64,000 nucleotides of DNA from Lingula anatina (lineage: Eukaryota > Animalia > Brachiopoda): positions 36,909,967-36,973,966 of the forward strand of contig CM120640.1 in the NCBI GenBank assembly GCA_051362555.1, written 5' to 3'. The notes below the pieces were generated by a model. It was not told the DNA's origin, did no database searches, and saw nothing but the letters and a program-made list of their open reading frames with translations. Shown one piece after another: positions 13,601 through 27,200 of this stretch. A program made the translations under genes and the position numbers. The stretch's first letter is position 1. Each line of letters opens with the position of its first letter.

Positions 13601-16600
13601 GCTTTAATATGCCTGTAACGTGTTTGCCTATATAAGATCTGTTAAGATTCACTGGTCAGTAAGCAAGTCTTTTTAGTAGATAGTCATCAAGAAATCCAAC
13701 TTGACAGCTGTTGAGCGTGTATAACAGCATGGGAATCCTGAAACTTTAAGGAATTTATGAGCAGCATTTCCATCTGTTGCTCACTACTCAGGTTTTGATA
13801 TCATATTTTGAAAAGAAATTGCTGCATTATAAACTTACTAGAGTAGTGTTTTACTAAATGATAAATGTGACCTTATGTATTACTAAAAACATTCACTATT
13901 TCACCAAATGATGCTTTGATATATTCTTTAATTTGTTTTGCTTTAATGATGTGTGTTATATATCCCCTACCACGTGTGGGTGCCCATGTGTAGGCACACA
14001 CACACAAAAAAAAACTGCAGTCCAGGTTCTTCTTGCAGACCCCAGTTTAAAGAACACAACTGAGCTTGCCAGTCTTGTGTAGGACAATAGGGTCTGGAAA
14101 TCTAGTTATGCTTAATTTATGCTGTTGATGGTCGACTGCTATAATATGATTCATTGATTGATATATCGCCCTTATATTACAGGTCATGAGCAAGCAGTCT
14201 GGGCTGTGGCTATCATGCCAGAACAGGGCCTGATGTTGACAGGGTCAGCAGATAAGACAGTGAAGATGTGGAGGGCAGCCAGGTGTGAAAATACTTTTAA
14301 AGGTATGGAGTAAACATTTTGAATTGCGCAATAATTATCAGTATATATGTGTTGTATTGTAAAAGACTTAGGTTGAGATTCTTCCTCTTTCTAGAAGATA
14401 GCTTACTTTTTTTGCTGGACTGTGTGATATGATAAAAAATTGGGGTTAATTCAGGACTAGGGGAGGACATTTCTGTTCTTTTAACTTTCATAAATATTAT
14501 AACATACCTAAATATTATAAGAAAAAATAATTCTTTGAATTTGCAGGTCATTCAGATTGTGTCCGTGGTCTGGCAGTTTTATCTGCTGCTGAATTCCTGT
14601 CGTGTTCCAATGATGCCACCGTGAGAAGATGGCTCATCACAGGAGAGTGTGTTCACACGTACTCCGGACACACCAACTTTGTCTACAGCATAGCAGCTCT
14701 GCCCAATGGTCAAGATTTTGTGACCACTGGAGAAGACCGTACCCTAAGGATTTGGAAGGATGGGGAGTGTGCACAGACTATTACACATCCAGCTACCTCA
14801 GTATGGACAGTGTGTACATTACAGAATGGGGACATTGTAACTGGGGCAAGGTATTCATATTTTTCTTTATGTTAAAGAAATGGCATATATTCAAAATTAA
14901 GTCAACTAAAATATGCTAAAAAAATTAACAGATTTTTTCCTTCTTCATTTTTCATAACTGTTGTTGTTGTTGTTCTTCTTCTTCTTATTATTATTATTAT
15001 TATTTGGAACAAAGCTTCATGATGTAGTTCAGCTGAGCCCACTTCATGATATTTTCTCCTTTCTTACAGTGATGGAGTTGTGAGAGTCTTCACTAAAGAC
15101 CCAGCTAGAACTGCAGCCGAGGAAACGCAAAAAGCATTTGAGGAAGAAGTGGCTGCCTCAAGTATACCATCCCAAGTTGGAGATGTCAAAATAGAGGATC
15201 TTCCAGGAAAAGAAGTTCTCATTGAACCAGGTATCCATTCTGAAATAAAATTATGACAGGAAGGCATCTTTGACAATCTCGTTCTGTGCAAAAGCCATGC
15301 CATCTGCCTCCCCTCTTTTACACCCCACAAAAAAATGCCAGGTAGTTTATAACCAAACCTATAGTAAATTGAGCAGTTTGTGTATTGGCATATTGTGTTG
15401 CAAATGGTCTTAGATATATTGAATGTACAATTTTTACTCAAATAAAACATCATGGGATCTATTCTCATGGAGAATTTAATTAGATTTGAGGTGAATTAAA
15501 AATTGTCCTGATTTAAACAAATAGAGTTTTGTAATGCAACTTTACAAAAGCACCCTGAGTCCCCTTGTTTTTTTACTGCTATTAGGTACACGTGAGGGCC
15601 AGACCAAGCTGGTCAGGGAGGGACCCAGGGCGATGGTGTACCAGTGGAGTATGGCAGAGACTAAGTGGGTCAAGGTGGGGGATGTGGTGGGAGCCTCAGG
15701 GGGATCACAGGAGACATCTGGCAAGACCTTGTATGAAGGAAAGGTAAGGCATATGTCCTTCAAGGCAAAGAATGGTTTATAAATTAACTTGAAATTTTCT
15801 ACTCAAAGAAAGACAATTGCTGCACATTTGTTGCAAATATTCAGGGGCATCTGTGATGAAAAAAAAACTAGTTATAAAGTTCTATACGCTTTCTTGCTAG
15901 CTTTTTGCATATGTACTTTGTTATAGGATGATGGCTTTTATTTTGTTTTGTTTACAAAGATATATCATGCTTTTACATCTTTGTTCAAGGTTCATATAAA
16001 GTTCTATTCGCTTTCTTGCTAGCTTTTTGCATATGTACTTTGTTATAGGATGATGGCTTTTATTTTGTTTTGTTTACAAAGATATATCATGGTTTTACAT
16101 CTTTGTTCAAGGTTCATAACAGTTAATTACTAGTATTGTTATTATTAACAGTAAGAACTGCAGTATTGTTACTTTACATATCAGGGTACTATGTATAAAA
16201 TTGTATTACAGGAATATGACTATGTATTTGTTGTGGATGTAGAGGAAGGAAAACCACCACTAAAACTTCCATATAATGTCACGGAGGACCCATGGTTTGC
16301 TGCCCAGAATTTTATTCATAAAAACAACCTCAGCCAAGCTTTTTTGGATCAAGTGGCAGGATTTATTATTGAGAACACCAAGTCCGTGACATTTAGCCAG
16401 CAGTCGGCAGGCTCTTACAGCGATCCATTCACAGGTCAGAATTGGATTTTTGCCAAAAGAATGAGTTTTAAACATGCTATGACTCGAGACTTAAGTAAGA
16501 TAATCATGAATTAAAAGAGTGAAAAGAAGTACTGTTCTACTTTGTCTTAAACTCACTGGATAGTGTGAAAAAGATTTAGTGCAGTGAAAAAGGTGTTGAA

Positions 16601-18426
16601 AATGCAATAGCAGTCCCTAGATATGCAACACACTTTTATATTTTAATGTCACTTATTTTTACATGAAGTTCCCAAGACCTGTCTTCAAGTTCAATTCCAG
16701 GGACCATGTAAAAGACTATTAATATCCTAGGACCTTTCTAATTAAGTAAATTGTTTCAGACATTCTTAGACATTATATCCAAAAGAGCCTCAACCCTTAT
16801 GATTTGCTGAGTACTTATTTCAATGTTTTTAGGTGGCGGTCGGTACGTCCCTGGCACAGCAGAGGGCAGCACTGGTGTGAGTTCAGATCCATTTACTGGT
16901 GGTGGACGCTATGTGCCTGGAGCCTCACAGCCACAGGGTCCTGCACCTCAGTCAGGCTCAGATCCCTTTACTGGTGCTGGTAGTTACCGTCCATCAAATG
17001 GTCAGACGTCCAGTGTGGCGGGAGGAGACATGGGCAATAGCCTGGACAACCAGTACTTCCCGAAAACAGCATTCCTTTCCTTTGACCAGGCAAACACACA
17101 GGCCATAATGAGTGAGTATGATGGGAATTGTTTTCATTGAACAGATTTTAGAGTACACAAATAGTTTTTTTTTTAATGTAAAAATATAAAACCTAATTTG
17201 GTAAAGTATACACACCATATATTGAGTAAATAAAATGACCGTCATGAAACAAATAGTCCTTATCTCATTTGATTACCTGTTTAGAAAACACATGAAATTA
17301 TTATTTTTTATTATACTGTGTATTTTTTTGCAATGAATGTTAATTTTGATATCATTTAATCAAACGAAAAAAGACAATTTTTGTGACATCTTTTATCCCT
17401 AGGCAAACTAAAGGAATTTAATAGTAGCCTAAGTTCAGAACATGCAGTAGAAGAGTCCAGTCTAGCCCAGCTGTCAGTGTTTCTGGAGTCTGGCTCCCCC
17501 ACTGCTGCTCAGTTGGAGCTCCTCTGGCAGCTGTTACATTGGCCATCAGGTCAGTGGAAAATCTTTGTAAAATTCTGTAAAATGTTGTGTGTTTTTTATG
17601 TTGAGACTTAAATATAATTCAGTTTAGTAAAGATACAGGTCCAGTTGTAAAGTTTAGGTAATCTGTTGAGATTTTTTTTTTTTTTTTGTCTCTTTATCCC
17701 GTTGCCCATGACCTAATTTTTGGTGTTTATATCTTCTAGAGCACAGTGGATTGATTCTTATTTCAGATTGACAGAAATTTGTAGTTGGTGAAGTTACAGA
17801 ATGTCAGCATACATTAGGACAAAAAAGTACATTATAACTCTTAAAATTTTTATCTTTCAGGCAATGTGTTTCCTGCCTTAGATGTGCTGCGCCTGGCCAT
17901 CAGGTCGGAAGAAGTGAACCAGCATTTCTGTAACCAGAAGGATGGGCCACAGTTCTTGAACCACTTGCTAGTGCTAGGTGGTGGAGACGAAGCACCCGCA
18001 GCCAACCAGATGCTAGTTCTACGCGTCATATGCAATGCCTTTAAAAACAAACCAGGGGAAAAGCTCATGAACTTGAACAGAGAGAAAATTGGGAAATTAT
18101 TAGGGATATGCCAGAAGACCAGTAACAAAAATGTACACATAGCTCTCAGTTCTGTTTTACTCAATTTTGCTATCAGTCTCCATCCTACTGAAGATGTGGA
18201 GGCAAAGGCGATGGTTTTATCTACGGCTGCTGACGTTGCAGAAAGTGTCAAGGATGAAGAGTCACAATTCAGACTTCTGGTTTGTCTAGGAACTTTAGTG
18301 TCTCAGGACCCCAATAGCAAAGCTCTGGCAAAGTCCCTAGACCTTGGTCAGTTTGCCAAAAAATTGACACACAAAAGAGGCAAAGTGGGTGATTGTGCTT
18401 CCTTGGTATGGAATGCTTTGCAGTAG
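7663..18426 (+). CDS. PLAA: Phospholipase A2-activating protein (DOA1/UFD3 ortholog; WD40-PFU-PUL), 797 aa, 11 exons
   Basis: Exons 7663-7802, 12729-12922, 13405-13506, 14183-14302, 14547-14850, 15070-15230, 15586-15743, 16212-16434, 16833-17111, 17403-17549, 17861-18426 (2394 nt, all GT-AG, frame intact). WD40 repeats ([29 protein letters not shown]), PFU ([26 protein letters not shown]), [12 protein letters not shown] repeats, PUL domain ([10 protein letters not shown]...[10 protein letters not shown]). AATAAA at 18693. Confidence 0.96.
9433..11331. mobile_element. Non-autonomous DNA transposon (hAT-like termini) in PLAA intron 1
   Basis: TIR CAGGGCTCAACA(C/T)AAA at 9433 and its reverse complement ending 11331; subterminal TTGCCC/GGGCAA motifs at both ends; ATAAA on both flanks (9428-9432, 11332-11336); no transposase ORF. 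Confidence 0.8.
15873..16118. repeat. Tandem duplication, 2 x 122 bp, in a PLAA intron
   Basis: TATAAAGTTCTAT...CAAGGTTCA starts at 15873 and again at 15995, with about 2 substitutions. Confidence 0.9.
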
Positions 18427-19093
18427 TCCAAAATGCCAGTGACCAGAAAATGTACCATTAAGAATGTTTTTTCTCTGTACTTTGCTTTTATGCTGATGGC
18501 CTCATTAATGAAATGCAATTTTCCTACTTCAATGAAAAAGGACTTCAAGAATGTAGCTAGAATAGTATTTATTGAATGAAGTAAACTTAAAATGGTAAGA
18601 TGTATTGTTACACTTTGTTTTGTGCATATGACCAAAAGTATCTGCATGTGCATTTGTACCATCTTGCCAAAGTTAATGACAAAATTTTCTGAAATAAATT
18701 CTCTAAATATTTGCATCTATTAGATAATTACTGGACTTTTTGAGTTTTAAAGTGGAATCCAGTACAGGGCATAATTTGCCAAAAATGTTAGTTGTTTAAT
18801 GACATTTCAAGTTGTGCAAATATTGACATAAAATCCTCTCACTTTAAATCTATGACAAAGTTGTGGATGCTTTGAGTCCATTTGGTAAGCATTTTTTACT
18901 GACAGGCCCGAGCAATGCCAGTTGCGTCAACGACTGTGGAGTAAGCAGTTTCCATGAACATAGCTCCTGCTCGGTAAAATTCAAATTAAGTGTCATGTCT
19001 ATCTCACGTCGATCTTTTTTAAAATAAATCTGATTTTATCTCATTGAATAATAAAAAAAGGCTTGAGCAAATATTTTTGAAGCACCTTCCGTA

Positions 19094-20864
19094 TCAAGTG
19101 ATGGTATTTGAGCGTAATAGGTTGGTGTACTTGGTCTGGAACTGGTGAGAAATCTCCACGGGTGCAGGGGCCCCACCATCGAAATCCTTCACCACCATCT
19201 TGCCCGTTGGGACTATAAAAGGTAAATAGGTAAATGTCATTGTACATTTAAAACATTGAATCACTAATCACATATACAATATCGATTTATCGTGTATGTG
19301 GAGGCTTTCGGGTTTTACTCCTTTCAAAATGCGCGCAGTTGTTGAGGATACAATGGCTGTGCGTGTTTGAAAGGCGATAAGTTGTGCGTTTGTTTTATCG
19401 ATATATTTCTGATTTCAGTTTCTAAAGAAAGACATAAAGAGAGAGTTAAGGTTACCTGCACACTCTCTTCTTCTAGAGAATGGTAGACCGCATAAACTGG
19501 AAATGCTCTCGTGGTCCGGGACCTCATAGCGACAGTTCGGGAGACACGCTTGGCCGTAGAACACACCTTTATCTAGTTGAAGAAATGATCACACAGTCAT
19601 TTATGATATAACAAAATTGCAGAACTTCATTATCCGTGATATCCCCCGTTATGTTATAAGATATTGAGAAAACATTTAAAACGTAATGAAAGTGTGCTTA
19701 AAAATGGCATGTTTTACGAATTACGTCGTAACTTAAACGCGAAATAGTGCATGAAATGTTTTTCGGTAGCACGTTTGCTTCTTATCTTAAATGCCCCAAG
19801 TCAAATTTACTTATTCATTGAAAATATTTTGCCCAAACACGTTTTTCATACAATTTTAAGTGAATAGCAAACCTGTTTCTATTTCAAAATGACATGTACT
19901 TGGTGGTATTTCATTAGTGAATAACGAAAAGAATCGTAGAATTTAATTTTTTTACGTACCTCGCGGTGCTGGAAAGCCGCGCCTCTTCCGAGTGAGATAT
20001 CTGTATGGACTGCCTGTACAGAGCGTGGTGGTCTGGAAATAATTACACGTTATAAAAAATATGATCATGCTCAAAGCATATTTACCATTAAGCATTATTT
20101 TTTAAACACCAACAGAAAATATGAGGGGAAATTATAATTTAAGTACAGCCAAAGCTGCAATCAGATACTGTTTTTTACTAATTTGTTTCACTCTACGGCA
20201 AAGTAAATAATATTGTAGCAAGAATATATACATTCTTGCTGTGAATTTTATCTATAGCCTACTCTGAATATGGTAAAATACGAACAACTTTAATTGGCCT
20301 TTTACGCCAAGAACTTTTTGGGAAAGAATTACGTATTTAATAAGTTTATAATCTTAAATTCAATAATTATTAATGAAACAAAACCAACAACGCATTTTAG
20401 AACTTCACAGATGTCTCATTCTGAAGGGAAATGCTAACCTTAACAATTCTTCACACATTTAGAAAAAATCATACTAGAGTAAAAATAGATAAAGAAAACT
20501 CTGCTTACTGTTGGGTTGAACTTAGTACGCGCGGGGATGATGGCCTCGGGATTCGCGCATGGCTCTGGAAGCATGGGCACTGAAATGAAATTCAACATAT
20601 TAGGGAATATAACGCGTATCTTTGAATTAAAAAGCAACAAGATTTTTATTTTTTTATACCTACGATCCAAAGTACGACATTTTCAGGGTTGGATACAGAA
20701 GCTGTCAGCTTTTTTCCTCTAGAACTTTTTTGATAAACGATCTTGCAATTAAGACTGCCACATAAAAAGATGAAACCATTTTGACAATGCATTTGTTTGC
20801 ACATTTGTTTATTTACTCCTTCGTTAAGTTTGTTCAAATGCCACTGTCTGTCTGTCTGTCTGTC

Positions 20865-20918
<54 letters not shown>

Positions 20919-23825
20919 TTTTTGCTATGTTCCATGTGTTTCAGCACTCACATATGCAGTGATCTGCTCGGTTCAACTTGGGGAAACAAAGATGTCTTCG
21001 TTCTGCATGTTTCTCGGGATAGGATGTCCTCGTAATGGACTTCTGTACAGGTGTCTGGGTCGTCTGCACTTTGTCTTCATTGGCCGGCAGCACTGTACAC
21101 ACTGGCTGGAAATTTATATATAGTGATTAGTAATATCTGTAATAGGGGATTATATACATTTTAAATCTTATATTCGTTTCAAAAGGAAATGATAATGGTG
21201 TTTATAATATTATGAGGCTTACCAAAAAGCATTTGGAGAGCGCAGTCCTCCGCCAAGGCAGCTCTATTCTTCTTCTTATTAATCATTACGTAATTAGAAA
21301 TTCAATCAAATTAAGTAACTAATTCCACATTGTCATTATTCTTTTATTCACTATTTAATTAGTTAAATTCTCATTATCAATTAATTAATCACCAAAATCA
21401 AGTCCATTTCTGGCCTATCCTGAAAAATTTCATCAAAATTCCTCCATAACATATGTAGTGTATTGGTCTATGTATTGTTTACGCGGCACACCATGTGTGA
21501 CATGACACCTGATATCATGTGACTTGGAGTGGTAATCTTGAACGTAATAAACTAGAACTCATAACAAGGGCGACAAGGATGGTCAGAAATGTATCACAGT
21601 GAATGAAAATTTTATTATTTTGAAAAAAACATGGACCCTCTATGCTCAAATGAGAGTGACAGTAGTTGTGATGAAACACGGATTATACAAATGGAAAATG
21701 AAATTAGAAAAGGTAAACTCAAAATCTGAAGGAACTGTTGGAAAACGTGTATAAAATGACAGGTGCATTACAGCAATTTCACACAGAATTTATCTTATAT
21801 ATGAAGCATGGCAATCCATCCTTATTGAAAATTTCTGCTTTACCCTTGAATAATGCTCAGCCTGGACACATTGAGATGAATGATCCGCATGGTGCCGTTA
21901 TCCCCCCTGGCTTCAATATTTCAACGGAGTCGTCAACTCCTGGTCCAGCGGAGCTATCAAGTCCAAATGCTGATATTACAGCAGAACCAAGGCGACCAGC
22001 TGTCGGCGATCCAACCGTGCCAGTATGCCGTTATGGACATCAAAATTCTGATACAGATACGAGAGGGCCACAGCGACAGTTCCGCGACAATATACCCAGA
22101 TTCACTCCCATGCAGAGTTCGCGGCAAATGGATACTCCCCTGAATACTGACGAAAACCGACTGCCACATACGAGAGGTAGGTCATTTCCCATATATAACG
22201 AGTCACATTCCCTGCCCCAAGTCGCCCACCCGTTTTCAATCATATGATGGAAGCACTAACTTCAATTCATCTTACGTAAAATTATGTTGAGTTGCTGAGA
22301 GCGAGGGATGGGAAGTCATAGAAATCTATGGATGAAATTATGATCAATTCACTCGAAGCCCTCGACGAGTTCGTAAAACTACCACCTAACGAAAGGATGC
22401 ACCTATATAGTGCCGTAGATACCCTCATGAAATGTTTCGGAAAAACTGAGAACTTATCCTTAGGGCGCACAGAACTGGCCGCTATAAAACAAAAAGAAAA
22501 TATCCCATTCTATCAGTAAATTGTCCTTGGTATAACGTATTGTAGTAGCTGCGCTGTCACATCTGTTAATAACAACCTGATTAGTTCTGAGTCTGCCTCT
22601 CAACAATAACGTATTGGAGGTATTACAGTTCAGCCATGGTCACTTCTCGTAACAACTCCTTTTTCAGTTCTGTTACCATGTGGTTGGTCATCACCTACGT
22701 TAGGAGGGGTCACACATTGACCATGTAAGGATTTTAGGGGCCCCTTCCCTTGCAGGGCTTTAAGTGGTCATGATGTTGCTCACAGACAAACATGTTTTAT
22801 AATCAACTGATTAATTAATTAATGGATCATCACCAAGATCTCATCGATTCTTACTTGGTCTACTCCTGTCAGTTAATGAAAATTACATCAAAATCCGCCC
22901 ACAATTTCCCATAATTTTGCTAACAGGCAAAGAGATAAACAGGACAAAAACATAACCTCCTATTTATTACAACCAATAATGGCAATTATGTCAGAAAAAT
23001 CGAAAATAACAACAAACAGGATGCAGCAATAACTATATTACCAACCTTAAGAGAGAGAGAGGGCGTCATCTGGCCATTACCCACAGATGCATATTTATGT
23101 ACTTCAAAGTCTCCGTCGGGGTGGGGTGGGGGGGGGGGTGGACCCCCATTCCATCCCCTTTTTTCTTTGAATGCAAGTTGAAAATATGCCCTATTACCTG
23201 ATCATGGATGCGTCTTATCGTCCTCACGTATTTCGCCTGTGGTCTATTCCTGGCGGGAGACGCTGGGCGGACCTCTGGGCATTGTGGCGGCGGTCCCGGG
23301 ACATAGTCCAGCAGATACGTGTCTCGGGTGCTCGACGACCAGGACGAAGAAGGGACAAAGTCGCTGCTGAAATACGGAAATCGATATTGGTTAACTTGTT
23401 TCAATTTTTCCTTTCCTCATTCTGCAGGAGTTCATTTCTGGCATAACTATAAGGACTAAGAGTTATTTAGACAAACTGTAGGCAGATTTAAAATGGAATC
23501 GGTGAAACTATGTGTTGAACGTCATGTAAATAAAACGAGGAATAGACAAATTGACTCGTAGTCTTAGACGAACGTATTTCATCAGCCAACTCTTACTGTC
23601 ATTTTCCTGACTAAAGGGACACAAGACACACTTGCATTTGACATAAAGCTTTTTCTATCATAACATAATTATTCATATCAATAAGACATAAAAAATTGGA
23701 AATGGGAACCAGCTCTTTTTTGTGACATATTTCATGTCCTGCAACGTATCTCACCTACAAAGTTTGGACCAAAGATGCCAGCTCCCGGTCATACAGCGTT
23801 TTACATACTTTTTGCTATTCATCAT
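19094..23825 (-). CDS. C2orf73-like protein (probable cilia/flagella-associated), 239 aa, 7 exons
   Basis: Exons 23825-23809, 23366-23198, 21105-20952, 20579-20509, 20032-19960, 19572-19456, 19212-19094 (720 nt, GT-AG, phases 2/0/1/0/1/1 close the frame). MMNSKNSDFVPSSSWSSSTRDTYLLDYVPGPPPQCPEVRPASPARNRPQAKYVRTIRRIHDQPVCTV...KSITRTSYP...PVEISHQFQTKYTNLLRSNTIT. AKYVRTxxRxxxQP and ISHQF resemble C2orf73 motifs as I recall them. Gene structure is firmer than the family name; exon 1 is the least certain. Confidence 0.72.
20844..20916. repeat. Compound microsatellite (TCTG)n(TAT)n
   Basis: Direct reading; source of the poly-Y and poly-I ORFs. Confidence 0.95.
21454..22520 (+). mobile_element. Decayed Ty3/Gypsy-type LTR retrotransposon 5' end (LTR, PBS, frameshifted gag)
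   Basis: TGTAGTG...AATAAA...CATAACA (21454-21566); then GGCGACAAGGATGG, one mismatch from the complement of the tRNA-Ser(GCU) 3' end; then broken ORFs with a Pro-rich stretch and SYDGSTNF...EGW gag-like motif. No 3' LTR or pol seen. Confidence 0.65.
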
Positions 23826-23946
23826 TGATTTAGTGACAGGTAAAATCTACTTGTATATCTCTGTAACAAGTTTTCTCCGCTTGCCTGCCTCAATAATTTC
23901 AACATCGCCTCATCACGTTTTCCTCAACGATCCATCAGTTGACAAC

Positions 23947-23977
23947 TAGTCGATGGCAACTCGGCGCCCGTGACGTC
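23947..23977 (-). promoter_or_regulatory. RFX X-box-like half site and CRE upstream of the C2orf73-like gene
   Basis: GTTGCCATCGACTA on the minus strand (23960-23947) has one perfect X-box half; TGACGTC at 23971-23977. Confidence 0.4.
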
Positions 23978-24235
23978 GACTAAACACGCTAACTAAAAAT
24001 TTATAAAGATGCCCAATGGGCATGACAACATATTCTTGTACGCCACTACATCAAGTTTACGTTCTTATCGCGTCTTGTTTGTTATAAACGCGTTTCTTTT
24101 TCTATGCGCATACAGTTTTGTTTATCTACAAATATGTATTTTGTGTAATTATTTCCTTTTAGCTGTAGACATGGTTTAAAAGTTTCTTTTCAGTGTTAGT
24201 TTATTATCGTTATTGTGAATGTGTGTGTGTGTGAC

Positions 24236-24266
<31 letters not shown>

Positions 24267-27200
24267 CGAGACTACATTAATCATTCATCCCGAGTACGAA
24301 CCAAAACGAATGAAAGAACACAGCAAATCCACCTCCCGCATGCCGAAAATTTTCGATTTTTTAAGTCCATTTCCTCTTGAAGTAAGTAGCTTACCAACGA
24401 GACCTTTTGAACCTGTATTGCTAACAGTCAAATCTTATAAAATTCGATATATGATTAATTGTCATACTGTCTGATAGTACCCAAATCCTTATGCCCGATT
24501 AGGGAATTGATTTTTTGTGCGTGCTATGCCACTGTGTTCTGACTGTCAAACAAAACATACAGGCTGTTTTCTTTACCAGATTTTCAACAAATCAAGAAAG
24601 AAGTAGGAAACTGGGAATTGATTTTCCGATACAAGACAGCAAAAATAAAATAGAAAGACGGCAGTTTAACCGACTGTACATATTAATGAAGCCGCTTTCC
24701 GGGTGGTAACCTCAGAGTCTGTTGTAAAAAATTAAGAACCTGACTGCACATCTGCAAACAGCGGTAAATGCAGTCTGCATTGGTAATGTCATTGTTGACT
24801 GCCATAATTAAATCTACGATCCCATTATAACCATTAAGTATTCAATGAAAACTTTTGGACTTAAAAAACTATTTCGCTGGCCAGTTCTCTCAGGCCAGCT
24901 CATTCTATTTAATGTTTCCACAGCTAGAACACAAACTCAAATTCCAGACGATGTGTCGTAAGACGTATCTTGGTTTGGGCGTAAAAAGAAACTTGAATGA
25001 ATGTTCCTTAAATAAGTAGAAAGGCAGAGCCAAGGGTATCACAATGTTTAATGCACCGTTTCTTAATTTTACTCGAAAACTACTCAATTTTACGGAGGGT
25101 ACATGGTATTTATTTTTTTCATGCAATATAATTTTGTTCCAAGAATGGCATTCCATTTTTTTACAAAATAAAAGAAAACTCATTCAGCGGGTATAAGGAA
25201 TTTAAAAAAATGATTCAAACGTTTTCCGATTAGACTTGAGAGCTTGCATGTCATCATTACGGTCAGTCTTTTAATTTCCCAGTTGGTCTTTTTTTTCCAC
25301 GTCAGCAACCGAATTAACGTTCAGTGGCTTTAAAATCTTCAGGTCTGATTTTCTACAAATATCTTTGGATATTTCTAACACAATCAATGCTAAGGGCACA
25401 ACCCCCGACCCATGCTTGCCGACTCCATTCCACTCACCTTGAAGCAGATACCCGAAACGGGAATGCCAGCGGCTTGATGTTAATCTTATCAAATGTCCTT
25501 TCTAGCATGTTTTTTCACTCAAATATGTCCCGATGAGCAAGCAACATGTTGTCACATGTTGTCGCTTGACGGAGCTCCCGATTTGGTGGCTTGTTCAAGC
25601 TATTTGTTTCGAGGGGGAAAAGTCAATGGATGTCAAATCGCTATAGTAGCAAATCTGACTTCGATTTTCAATTATGACGTCACGTGCATTGTTTCGTTTA
25701 CATGCAGGCATGGCGTAACGCCTTTACCTCACAGCGTTACGGGGGGGGGGGGGGGGGGGGGGGGGGCAGCGTAGGGGCTAGAATACATATTTTATTTTAG
25801 GGAGAAAACAGTTTTACCAAGGGAGATATATATAAATTTAAAAAAGGTTAATGAAGGTAAAAGAAAAAAATTCATTTCAAGGAATATAATGAAACATACC
25901 AAGTTATGGCGTTAGGTAAGAAAAGAAAGGGAAAAGTTAGGTTGAGGGTCCATATTTTCGTTCACATAGTAATGCATGGTGGATGATGGGCAGAAAGAAA
26001 AATATTATAATCAAAGCACAAAGTCAATATAACTTCTTTTGAGAAGAGAGAGGAAAAGAAAAAAAAATACACGTAAATCTAGAAATGAAGTTACGCCGAA
26101 TAATCGAAAATAACTGATTTTCCATTTTTCTATTCAAAAGTCACCGTTCAAGTGGAAAAAAAGAAAGAAAAAATGTTTCGATCTATTAATATTTCCACAC
26201 AAAAAAAGCTTAATTGTCATTGATAACAAATTAAATCAATGGTTGGAGAATTCATTCTGATGTTTCTACATTGAATATATATTTAAAGACCTCGGGTGGC
26301 ACATTCGATAACCCCCATCTCGACAGTATAAATACAATTCTGCTTACATATTAACCTCTATGTACTCCCGTTTCAATTGACTTCTAATAGAAATATTTGA
26401 GTACCGCCAGCATAGTGTTTGTATTTACTGTTAAAGCAACAAAATGAAAACACGAGCTAAATATCCAGCAGTTCAAACAGTCTAGCTGCCCAAATGTTTT
26501 CATGTATAGAGAACCAAAAACTTGTGATGACACTCATTTCTATTTATTCGTTGTTACAAACAAACTAATGGCAACAAGAAATTAATTCACTTCAGATACC
26601 GGAAAATCAGAGAAAGTAGATTTCAATGCATGAATAATAATAATAATAACAATATGTATTTATTTGCAACTTAAAAAGTTGGATTTTAGAATAAAATTAA
26701 AAAATCTTAAAACATACTTGTAAGCTTGGACATAATGACGGAATTATGTCCAAGCTGTAAGTGTTAAAATGATTCGATACACATTAAAAGTTCATAAAAA
26801 CCTTAGTTTTTAAAATTTGATAAAGCCCAGGGTATAAAAGTTTTAGACGATCGGACAGTCCTCAGTTTTGGCACAGAGTACTTATAATTTACCCCCATTG
26901 GCATGGAATAAAATGCTGTGTGAGCTTTTTCGTGTTTTTGATACTTATCCTTTAGTGCTAAAATTCAATTATTCATTTTTCCATTCACTCAAAACACTTT
27001 GTCCATTTCGTTAGGTCCATATGAAAGTCACTGCCACTGTGAGCCTACGTCACCCGGAGTCTGAGGATTTGCTGGCAACTCACTTCTATATGTGTAATCA
27101 GCATTATTTTTCTACGAGGCGGTTTTCCAGTAATCTCTGAAACACAGGGTGGCTACCTTTATGACAGAGGGGCAACACTCGGTCGACATTAACACCGTGT

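Noticed and set aside
15231-15240. PLAA donor GTATCCATTC as a second U12 intron
   Set aside because: Departs from GTATCCTT and the acceptor lacks a CCTTAAC branch point; treated as U2.
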